From a virus (lineage: Duplodnaviria > Heunggongvirae > Uroviricota > Caudoviricetes), in the IMG/VR virus record IMGVR_UViG_3300044715_000866: 64,000 bases of DNA. One strand, given 5' to 3'. The translations under genes were made by a program, and so were the position numbers. The notes beneath the pieces are model-generated. The model worked only from the letters and a program-made list of their open reading frames with translations, had not been told where the DNA came from and ran no database searches. Position 1 is the stretch's first letter. The number at the start of each line of letters is the position of its first letter. Positions 54,763 to 62,595 of the stretch are shown one piece after another.

Positions 54763-55196
54763 TGTTTGGAAATTTTATAAAAAAAGTGTTTAGTGGTGAA
54801 AATCCAGAACTAAAACATCAACAAGAAGTACAAGAAGCAATTAAAGCTAAACAAAAAGCTAAACCTAAAGCAAAAGTTAAGCCAAAAGCTAAAGTAATTG
54901 AAAAAGAACCGCTAACTGACAAAGAAAAAGCTACCTTAAAACATGAACCATGGGTTGATGTAATTGGGTTTAAAGTTAATCCAAGTAACATTAGAAATGG
55001 TTTTTTTGAAATTGATTGGAATGATCACTGGATTGAAAAATTAAAACAAGAAGGGTATGGCTTTGACGGCGATCCTGAAGAAGAAATAGTAGGTCGTTGG
55101 TACAGAGATATTTGCACCAACGCTGCAGCAGCCGAAGGCATTGATATATCAGATCAGGACTTTGGATTCCTTAACGTTAACCGATCAGGCAACTAA
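54762..55196 (+). CDS. Hypothetical protein with a Lys-rich N-terminus (KAKQKAKPKAKVKPKAKV).
   Basis: TAATG-coupled ORF. Confidence 0.5.
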   Translation: MFGNFIKKVFSGENPELKHQQEVQEAIKAKQKAKPKAKVKPKAKVIEKEPLTDKEKATLKHEPWVDVIGFKVNPSNIRNGFFEIDWNDHWIEKLKQEGYGFDGDPEEEIVGRWYRDICTNAAAAEGIDISDQDFGFLNVNRSGN

Positions 55197-56182
55197 TGAC
55201 ATTTATTTTAGTAGATACTTCAAACTTATTTTATCGTGCAAGACATTCAGTGCAAGGTAGTGCCGATTTAAAACTTGGAATGGCATTGCACATTACATTT
55301 AATAGTGTTAAAAAAGCATGGCAAGACTTTGGAGGAGAACACGTAGTATTCTGTTTAGAAGGACGCAGCTGGCGTAAAGACTTTTACGAACCATATAAGA
55401 AAAATCGTGCAGTAACACGCGCTGCTATGACAGTAAGAGAACAAGAAGAAGATAAACTTTTTTGGGAGGCATACGGTGATTTTACAACATTCCTAAATGA
55501 AAAAACTAATTGCACAGTATTACAACATTCAAAGTTAGAGGCAGATGATTTAATTGCTGGATTTATTCAGATGCATCCGGAATCTAAACATGTTATTGTT
55601 AGTACAGATACTGACTTTCATCAATTGATTAGTGAAACTGTTAGTCAATATAACGGTGTAGCAGATCAACACGTTACTCACACCGGATATTATGATGCTA
55701 AAGGAAAACCTGTAATTGATAAGAAAACAGGCGAACACAAAGTACCATTTGATCCGGAATGGGTATTATTTGAAAAATGTATCCGCGGTGATACTAGCGA
55801 TAATGTGTTTTCAGCATATCCTGGTGCTAGAACCAAAGGCACTTCAAAGAAAGTCGGGTTAACTGAAGCGTTTGAAGATCGCAACACAAAAGGTTATTCG
55901 TGGAATAACTTTTTATTACAAAAATGGACTGATCATAATGGTCAAGAACATCGGGTATTAGACGATTATGAACGAAATCGCGTGCTAGTTGACTTAACTA
56001 AACAACCAGCAGAAATTCGGTCGTTTATTAACGAAACAATTAGTACTAATTCTAAACCTAAATGTATTACACAAGTTGGTTCACGCATGATTAAATTTTG
56101 TCAATCATATGATATGAAACGGATGATTGACAATATCCAACCATTTGCAGAACCGTTTCAAGCAAACTACCCAATAAAATAA
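55196..56182 (+). CDS. rnh: 5'-3' exonuclease / flap endonuclease (T4 RNase H family).
   Basis: The N-terminal PIN-like block ILVDTSNLFYRARH and the acidic clusters DTDFHQL and GDTSDNV match the FEN / T4 RNase H catalytic carboxylates. Confidence 0.85.
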   Translation: MTFILVDTSNLFYRARHSVQGSADLKLGMALHITFNSVKKAWQDFGGEHVVFCLEGRSWRKDFYEPYKKNRAVTRAAMTVREQEEDKLFWEAYGDFTTFLNEKTNCTVLQHSKLEADDLIAGFIQMHPESKHVIVSTDTDFHQLISETVSQYNGVADQHVTHTGYYDAKGKPVIDKKTGEHKVPFDPEWVLFEKCIRGDTSDNVFSAYPGARTKGTSKKVGLTEAFEDRNTKGYSWNNFLLQKWTDHNGQEHRVLDDYERNRVLVDLTKQPAEIRSFINETISTNSKPKCITQVGSRMIKFCQSYDMKRMIDNIQPFAEPFQANYPIK

Positions 56183-56184
56183 TT

Positions 56185-56385
56185 ATGAAAAAGATTACAA
56201 TACTAAAAGAAGAACTAATTGAAATATTAGCAGTACTAGACAAGTTTCCAGATGTAGAAAAGATTGATGTAGGGTATGATAACAATAGCGGTATTGGTTA
56301 CATATTAAATATTTCATTCCCATACGTAGTAAACGGTGTTGCTACTACTCAAACTGTTGAAATTACAGGTGTAGATCAATGGTAG
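56185..56385 (+). CDS. Hypothetical 66-aa protein.
   Basis: ORF. Confidence 0.45.
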   Translation: MKKITILKEELIEILAVLDKFPDVEKIDVGYDNNSGIGYILNISFPYVVNGVATTQTVEITGVDQW

Positions 56386-56861
56386 AAATTGAATTACACG
56401 CTAAACCTATTATTGATGGCAAATTTTGGATTGTTGAACAAGACGGTTTAAAAGTTGCTACACTGCATAAAAAAGAAAACAAATATGTGTTAAGTAATAT
56501 AGACGGTGAGATACTGTTTAATAAAAAAGAAGAAATAACTAATCAATTTGGATCTGATTTCTTCTTAACTAAACATAATATAAAAGTGTCTGCGGTTGAA
56601 ACAAATGAGTGTTATGGATATCCGACTAGTTGTAAACCGTATAACGCTATATACGACGTTAGACGCAAGTTACCACTGTTTACTAAAAGTGATCAAAGTA
56701 AAAGTCTGTACTGCGCCGGATATTATACTATTAAATTTGAAAAAGGATGGGTTAAAAGCTTCTGTCCTAAAGTAATTACTATAGAACGCAATGATCACAA
56801 AGGTCCGTTTAAAACGGAATTAGAAATGAAAATGGTACTAACTAATGCAAAATCAGATTAA
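56379..56861 (+). CDS. Hypothetical 160-aa protein.
   Basis: Coupled ORF. Confidence 0.5.
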   Translation: MVEIELHAKPIIDGKFWIVEQDGLKVATLHKKENKYVLSNIDGEILFNKKEEITNQFGSDFFLTKHNIKVSAVETNECYGYPTSCKPYNAIYDVRRKLPLFTKSDQSKSLYCAGYYTIKFEKGWVKSFCPKVITIERNDHKGPFKTELEMKMVLTNAKSD

Positions 56862-57093
56862 TTTAACACCAATAACACAATTTGCTCAGTTGTTACGTGC
56901 AACTGAGCTTTCTCAACAAAAAGAAGTTAAAATTCCAGTTCAACAAGCTAGATTACTTAACTTAGCACTAACTGAGATTTTAGATCAGCTTAATCAAGAT
57001 AACATTGCGCTACTTATTGAATTACGTAATCCATCTTCTCCTGAAATAGTAAACATAACTATGGATGGTGGCGGATTTAGCGAAGGCAACTAA
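56845..57093 (+). CDS. Hypothetical 82-aa protein.
   Basis: ORF. Confidence 0.45.
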   Translation: MQNQINLTPITQFAQLLRATELSQQKEVKIPVQQARLLNLALTEILDQLNQDNIALLIELRNPSSPEIVNITMDGGGFSEGN

Positions 57094-57125
57094 CGATAAA
57101 TACACGTAGTTAATAGGAGGACCTC

Positions 57126-57401
57126 ATGTCTCGACCCAAACCACGTGTATTATTAGAAAATCTTGACCCGAACACACTTCAATTAGATCAAATATTAGAA
57201 GCAGATGCTATTTGGGCGGTTGTTTATAAAGACGAACCATTTAATTTAAAGACAACTTCAAAACAACTCGGTTCTAAATATAAAAAATCGTCTTTTTCAA
57301 ATCCAGGTCATGCACACAACTTAGCAGAAAAGCTAAACACTACATTTAAATGCAGCGACTTCGCTGTTGTAAAGCTAACTAAAGGGGTTACAGTGCGATG
57401 A
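57126..57401 (+). CDS. Hypothetical 91-aa protein.
   Basis: Strong RBS aggagg. Confidence 0.55.
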   Translation: MSRPKPRVLLENLDPNTLQLDQILEADAIWAVVYKDEPFNLKTTSKQLGSKYKKSSFSNPGHAHNLAEKLNTTFKCSDFAVVKLTKGVTVR

Positions 57402-57781
57402 TTCTACGCGACACACTAACACGCATATTTTTAGACCAATGGGGAAAGTGTTCTGACGACACTAACGTAAAACTATACTCTCGCAAATGGTGGCAATCCT
57501 CGCGTGTAGGAAAACAAACTGCTTACAGGTTAAGTGAAGATGGGTTTGAGTTTTTAACTAACACATTAGAACTCAAATCATACGAAATCCCATTTACAGA
57601 TACAATTGAGATAAGTCCGCAGACTATTGTGTTCTTAGAACGGTATTTAGATTGTCCTTATTACTTAACATATAAAAGTATAACAGTGTTCTCAGAACGC
57701 AAATGCGTTGAACTATATTTCTTTTCAGATGACATACGACGATTTGGATTAGCGAAAGCAATGAAAGAACGAACTTCTTAA
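57398..57781 (+). CDS. Hypothetical 127-aa protein.
   Basis: ATGA-coupled ORF. Confidence 0.5.
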   Translation: MILRDTLTRIFLDQWGKCSDDTNVKLYSRKWWQSSRVGKQTAYRLSEDGFEFLTNTLELKSYEIPFTDTIEISPQTIVFLERYLDCPYYLTYKSITVFSERKCVELYFFSDDIRRFGLAKAMKERTS

Positions 57782-57794
57782 TTAAAAATAAGTC

Positions 57795-57822
57795 TTGACG
57801 TTTGCTAAAAATACTGTATAAT
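57795..57822 (+). promoter_or_regulatory. Sigma70-type promoter (TTGACG-N16-TATAAT) upstream of the MoxR gene, with a ~95-nt leader.
   Basis: The sequence is ttgacg tttgctaaaaatactg tataat. Confidence 0.6.
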
Positions 57823-57917
57823 ATGCTACATAGTTTGTTAGCAACACAACATATTAACACTGCTACAAGTTATTTAATTTACTTTTTCTTTTTTACTAAC
57901 CTATGAGGTAATAATTT

Positions 57918-59009
57918 ATGAGCAACAACATCGCATCACGTACAGTCGGGCCAAAAGGCGCTAAAAAATCTTTACGCAAAGCATTTAGCAGCAAACGTCC
58001 ATTGTTTATTTGGGGACCTCCAGGAATTGGTAAATCAGATATTATTAAACAACTTGGTACCGAGTTAAATGCTCATGTTACTGACGTGCGTTTAAGTTTA
58101 TGGGAACCAACAGACATCAAAGGTATTCCATACTTTGACTCAGTAGATCAAACAATGGTATGGGCTCCACCATCAGAGTTACCAAGCAAATCATTTGCTG
58201 AAAAACACAAAATGATTATTTTGTTCTTAGATGAGATGAATTCTGCTGCACCGAGTGTACAGGCTGCTGCTTATCAGCTTATTTTAAACCGTCGCGTAGG
58301 TCAGTACGAATTACCAGACAACGTTGTTATTGTTGCTGCTGGTAACAGAGAAACAGACAAAGGTGTTACTTATCGTATGCCAGCTCCATTAGCTAACAGA
58401 TTTATCCACTTAGAAATGGCTGTTGAATGGGATGACTACTTTGAATGGGCCACAGACAACAATGTACATCCAGATGTTGTTGGTTATTTAACTGCTTGCA
58501 AAAGTGATTTATACACTTTTGATTCAAAATCAGCAGATAGAGCGTTTGCTACACCACGTTCATGGAGCTTTGTTAGCGAGTTGTTAACAGACGGCGATAC
58601 TGACTCAGACACACTAGCTGACTTAGTTGCTGGTTCAATTGGTGAAGGGCTTGCTATTAAATTTATGGCACACAGACAGTTTTCAAGTAAACTTCCTGAT
58701 CCACGCGCTGTACTTGAGGGTAAAATTACACATTGTGAAACTAAAGAGATTTCAGCAATGTATTCACTAACTGTTAGTATGTGCTATGAGTTGAAAGAAC
58801 TTTTCAATAAAAAGGCTGCTAACAAAAACACAGCAATGAACAATTACTTTTTGTTTATGATGAACAACTTTGAAACTGAAATTGCAATTATGGGTACTAA
58901 ACTTGCGTTATGCTCATACAAATTGCAAATTGATCCAGACGACATTGCGTGCTTTGATGATTTCCACAGCAAGTACGGCAAATACATTACTGCTGCAAGC
59001 GGTCAGTAA
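57918..59009 (+). CDS. MoxR-family (AAA_5) ATPase.
   Basis: Walker A is FIWGPPGIGKSD. Walker B is IILFLDEMN. The sensor is VVIVAAGN. The 363-aa length is typical of MoxR/CbbQ/NorQ/CobS-like ATPases. Confidence 0.85.
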   Translation: MSNNIASRTVGPKGAKKSLRKAFSSKRPLFIWGPPGIGKSDIIKQLGTELNAHVTDVRLSLWEPTDIKGIPYFDSVDQTMVWAPPSELPSKSFAEKHKMIILFLDEMNSAAPSVQAAAYQLILNRRVGQYELPDNVVIVAAGNRETDKGVTYRMPAPLANRFIHLEMAVEWDDYFEWATDNNVHPDVVGYLTACKSDLYTFDSKSADRAFATPRSWSFVSELLTDGDTDSDTLADLVAGSIGEGLAIKFMAHRQFSSKLPDPRAVLEGKITHCETKEISAMYSLTVSMCYELKELFNKKAANKNTAMNNYFLFMMNNFETEIAIMGTKLALCSYKLQIDPDDIACFDDFHSKYGKYITAASGQ

Positions 59010-59020
59010 TACCAAAACAG

Positions 59021-59049
59021 TTGACACCGCCGCAAGGCGGTGTTATACT
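59021..59049 (+). promoter_or_regulatory. Sigma70-type promoter (TTGACA-N17-TATACT) upstream of the HExxH-vWA gene. Its spacer is a GNRA-capped hairpin.
   Basis: The sequence is ttgaca ccgccgcaaggcggtgt tatact. Confidence 0.55.
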
Positions 59050-59060
59050 TTGTACTTTAT
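59024..59060 (+). terminator. Terminator-like hairpin with a GNRA loop and a U-rich tail, overlapping the promoter at 59021-59049.
   Basis: The sequence is acaccgcc gcaa ggcggtgt tatactttgtactttat. Confidence 0.45.
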
Positions 59061-59079
59061 AATTATGCAGGAGTAATTC

Positions 59080-60258
59080 ATGGCTTTAGATTCAATTGTT
59101 GATAAAATTATCGTAGCTCGCGTAGGCTTACTATTACGCCATCCTTTCTTTGGTACTATGGCAACACGTTTAAAAATTGTAGACGGATCCGACTGGTGTC
59201 CAACTGCAGCAACTGACGGTCGTCATATCTTTTATAATCGTGAGTTCTTTGAACCGTTAACTGTAAAACAAATTGAATTTGTTATTGGTCATGAAATCCT
59301 ACACAACGTTTTTGATCACATGTCACGTCGTGATGGTCGCAATCCTAAAATCTTTAATATTGCATGTGACTATAATGTAAATGGTCAGTTAATTCGTGAT
59401 AAGATTGGCGAAGTTCCGCCTGTTATTAAAATCTTCCACGACACTAACTATTACGGTATGGGTTCTGAAGAGATATATGATAAGTTACTAGAAGATCACG
59501 ATGAAGATTCACTTTCTAAAATTGGTGAGATGCTTGACGAACATATTGACTGGGAAAGTTCAGGGTCAAACGGTCGTCCATCATACAGTAAAGAAGAATT
59601 GAAAAAGATTCGTGATGAAATTCGTGAAGCTACAATGACTGCAGCACAAGCAGCAGGTGCAGGTAATACTCCAGCTAGTATTGCACGTTTAATTAAAGAT
59701 CTTACTGAGTCTAAAATGAACTGGCGTGAGATTTTACGTCAGCAAATACAAAGTACTCTTAAAAATGACTTTTCGTTTATGCGTCCTAACAGAAAAGGTT
59801 GGCACATGAATGCAATTTTGCCAGGTACTAACTATGACGAAACAATTGATATCTGTGTTGCAATTGATATGTCAGGGTCAATTGGCGATGATCAAGCTAG
59901 AGATTTCTTAAGTGAGATTAAAGGCATCATGCAAGAGTATCAGGACTTTAGCATTAAGTTATGGTGCTTTGATACACAAGTTTATAACGAGGCATCATTT
60001 ACTGGTTATACTATAAGCGAGTTTGATGAGTATCAACCAAAAGGTGGCGGTGGTACTGACTTTGATGCTAACTGGGAATATATGAAAGAAAATGACATTA
60101 ATCCTAAAAAGTTCCTATGTTTTACTGATGGGTATCCTTTTGGAAGCTGGGGCGATGAGTCGTATTGCGATACTGTGTTTATTATACACGGTAATGATAC
60201 AATCGTAGCCCCATTTGGTGAAACTTGCTATTACGAGTTTTCAAAAGAAAAGGCATAA
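59080..60258 (+). CDS. Putative zinc-metallopeptidase-like (HExxH) domain fused to a C-terminal von Willebrand factor A domain (DUF2201-type).
   Basis: FVIGHEILHNVFDH is the HExxH motif. CVAIDMSGSIGDD is the MIDAS DxSxS of a vWA domain. It is the classic genomic partner of a MoxR ATPase. Confidence 0.8.
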   Translation: MALDSIVDKIIVARVGLLLRHPFFGTMATRLKIVDGSDWCPTAATDGRHIFYNREFFEPLTVKQIEFVIGHEILHNVFDHMSRRDGRNPKIFNIACDYNVNGQLIRDKIGEVPPVIKIFHDTNYYGMGSEEIYDKLLEDHDEDSLSKIGEMLDEHIDWESSGSNGRPSYSKEELKKIRDEIREATMTAAQAAGAGNTPASIARLIKDLTESKMNWREILRQQIQSTLKNDFSFMRPNRKGWHMNAILPGTNYDETIDICVAIDMSGSIGDDQARDFLSEIKGIMQEYQDFSIKLWCFDTQVYNEASFTGYTISEFDEYQPKGGGGTDFDANWEYMKENDINPKKFLCFTDGYPFGSWGDESYCDTVFIIHGNDTIVAPFGETCYYEFSKEKA

Positions 60259-60546
60259 ATGGCACTAAAAAATGGAAAACCTAATCCATTAGATTATTTT
60301 AAAATGCGGAGAGTAGATTTTGCTTGTCCGCATTTTGAATACTTTACTATTAATAAATCAAGAACGGATTTACTCGAATTTATTAATGAATGGATTACTA
60401 AAAACTTAAATAGCAGATACTACATTGGAAAAGGAATTTCATTAGATAGTAATAACGCTATTGTTTACAACATTACAATTGGGTTTGAATCAGAAAAAGA
60501 ACTTAGCTTTTTCACAATTGCATGCCCATATTTACATTCAAGATAA
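60259..60546 (+). CDS. Hypothetical 95-aa protein.
   Basis: ORF starting right after the upstream stop. Confidence 0.45.
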   Translation: MALKNGKPNPLDYFKMRRVDFACPHFEYFTINKSRTDLLEFINEWITKNLNSRYYIGKGISLDSNNAIVYNITIGFESEKELSFFTIACPYLHSR

Positions 60547-60578
60547 TTAATTATATTACACTAACAGAGGAAAATAAC

Positions 60579-60818
60579 ATGACCGAAACTACACAAGAAG
60601 CAGTACAAGAAACCGCAGCAGAAGCAACTCAAGAACAAGCAGGTGCTGATCTTACTATTAACGATTTAAATGCGTTAAAAACTATTATTGACATTGCAAG
60701 TTCACGTGGTGCATTTAAACCAAATGAAATGGTTGCTGTAGGACAAACATATACAAAATTGGATACATTTTTAACAGCAGTTACTGATCAAGCTAAAGCA
60801 GCGCAAGGTGCTCAATAA
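60579..60818 (+). CDS. Hypothetical acidic 79-aa protein.
   Basis: RBS agagga before the ATG at 60579. The track's 60522 start is an extension. Confidence 0.45.
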   Translation: MTETTQEAVQETAAEATQEQAGADLTINDLNALKTIIDIASSRGAFKPNEMVAVGQTYTKLDTFLTAVTDQAKAAQGAQ

Positions 60819-61483
60819 TGGCAGAACTTAAACATGTTGGAAGAGTTAAAGCTTCTGGCAAAAAATGTATAGTAGCATATCGCACCCTACCAGGCGATGC
60901 GTACAATTGCTTAATTGTACCTACTGAAAATTTGCCAGACAGCTATCACGATGCACTTATTAACTTAGTTGAAAGTTCAAGTGGTCAGGCTTCGTATGAA
61001 TTTGCAGAAGCAATGGCACGCACTAACTTTCCAGATGGCAGTATCATGCTTGCTGCGTTGCACACTCAAGATAGATTAGTTAAAGTTTCAACTGATCAAA
61101 TTGAAATGTTACCAACTAATTCGTACACAATTTTGTTGTCTGAACTAAATCAAGTTATTGCAGAACAACGTGGCACTACAGTTGATGAGCTATCTCTTAA
61201 ATCTACAGTTAAAATAGAACAACCTACTAAACCTGTAGTTAAAGAAACTCCGGCTGAGGCAAAAGCGGCACTTGTTGAACTATTGACTCCCGAGCAAAAA
61301 GCTAAACACTATCGTTCAGAAGCAGATCGTCTTTCAAAAGAAGCTGCATCTTTACGTAGACAGGCTGAAGAATTAGTACCAACTGCTAAAAAAGTTAAAA
61401 CTGAAACTGTAGCAGAAGAAGTAGTAACTACCACTACAGCAAAAAAGGAAAAAGTTGTTAAAACAGACGAAACCGCTTCCTAA
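60818..61483 (+). CDS. Hypothetical 221-aa protein with a C-terminal coiled coil.
   Basis: TAATG-coupled ORF. Confidence 0.55.
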   Translation: MAELKHVGRVKASGKKCIVAYRTLPGDAYNCLIVPTENLPDSYHDALINLVESSSGQASYEFAEAMARTNFPDGSIMLAALHTQDRLVKVSTDQIEMLPTNSYTILLSELNQVIAEQRGTTVDELSLKSTVKIEQPTKPVVKETPAEAKAALVELLTPEQKAKHYRSEADRLSKEAASLRRQAEELVPTAKKVKTETVAEEVVTTTTAKKEKVVKTDETAS

Positions 61484-61775
61484 AGAAGTAGTTGCACACT
61501 GGCCAGAAGTATTTGAAGAGGTAACACTTAATGTGTTACCTCTTCTTTATTTGCATTCAGTAGTTATTAATTTTAAAGATAATAAGTCTTGGGAAATAAA
61601 ATTAACAACTAAAATAAAAAAAGATGGATGGAATAGCTTTCAACAGAGTTTATCAGAATTGTTAAATTCGTATGAAGAACAGATAGACGATGTAGATTTT
61701 AAACTGGATGCAGCAAAAGTAAAAAAAGATGTAGAAAAACTAACCAATAAATTTTTAAAGAAACAAAAATTATGA
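61455..61775 (+). CDS. Hypothetical ~106-aa protein; the TTG start is doubtful.
   Basis: ORF overlapping the upstream gene by 29 nt with no ATG near the 5' end. Confidence 0.35.
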   Translation: MLKQTKPLPKEVVAHWPEVFEEVTLNVLPLLYLHSVVINFKDNKSWEIKLTTKIKKDGWNSFQQSLSELLNSYEEQIDDVDFKLDAAKVKKDVEKLTNKFLKKQKL

Positions 61776-62539
61776 ACATTAAATTAGTATCATATTCTCA
61801 ACCAACTGAAGAATTTGCTGAATTAGGAATTACTGATGCACAAGAACTTATTGCGTTTTGCGCTCGGGTAAGTAATCCGTCAAATCAGTTTAATACAGAA
61901 ACTTCAGAAAAACTTATCAACTACTTAATTAAACATAAACATTGGTCACCGCTTGAAATGGTTAATGTGTGTTTAGAAATTAATACCACCCGCGATATTG
62001 CACGTCAATTACTACGTCACGCTTCATTTAGATTCCAAGAGTTTAGTCAACGCTATGCAGATCCAACAAACGATCTGTCTTTTGAAATACGCGATGCTAG
62101 ATTTCAAGATCCTAAAAATCGTCAAAATTCAATTACAATTAATACTGCAGAAGAAGAGGCAATTAATGATGAATGGCATCTAAGACAAGAAGCTCATATT
62201 AATTCAGCAAAAGCACAATATGAATGGGCAATTAGCAAAGGTATTGCTAAAGAACAAGCTCGTGTCGTTCTTCCAGAAGGCAATACTAAAAGTCGTGTGT
62301 ATGTTAACGGGACGTTGCGCTCATGGATTCACTACATACAAGTGCGCAGTAACGTGGATACACAGCTTGAACACAAACAAGTTGCTGTAGCATGTGCGCA
62401 AGCAATTAGCGCAGTATTTCCAATGGTAAATGACTTTGTTTATAAGGAAGAACCAGTTTTAGAACCTATTAAAGAAGAAATTGTTGAACCTAAAAAACTT
62501 AAATGGCATCAACACTTTTTTAATTTTTACAAACACTAA
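61772..62539 (+). CDS. thyX: ThyX-family flavin-dependent thymidylate-synthase homologue with a degenerate RHR motif.
   Basis: HKHWSPLEM aligns with the ThyX HxSxxEH block. LRHASFRFQEFSQRY fits the RHRx7SxR signature spacing, but the third Arg is Ala. Length is 255 aa. Confidence 0.6.
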   Translation: MNIKLVSYSQPTEEFAELGITDAQELIAFCARVSNPSNQFNTETSEKLINYLIKHKHWSPLEMVNVCLEINTTRDIARQLLRHASFRFQEFSQRYADPTNDLSFEIRDARFQDPKNRQNSITINTAEEEAINDEWHLRQEAHINSAKAQYEWAISKGIAKEQARVVLPEGNTKSRVYVNGTLRSWIHYIQVRSNVDTQLEHKQVAVACAQAISAVFPMVNDFVYKEEPVLEPIKEEIVEPKKLKWHQHFFNFYKH

Positions 62540-62544
62540 TCACA

Positions 62545-62572
62545 ACAAAGCCGGCAATTGCCGGCTTTATCA
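62545..62572. terminator. Bidirectional terminator (perfect palindrome) between convergent thyX-like(+) and the Gly-rich gene(-).
   Basis: The sequence is aaagccggcaattgccggcttt, flanked by A-rich and T-rich sequence. Confidence 0.65.
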
Positions 62573-62595
62573 TTTGTACTACTTTTTACTAACTG

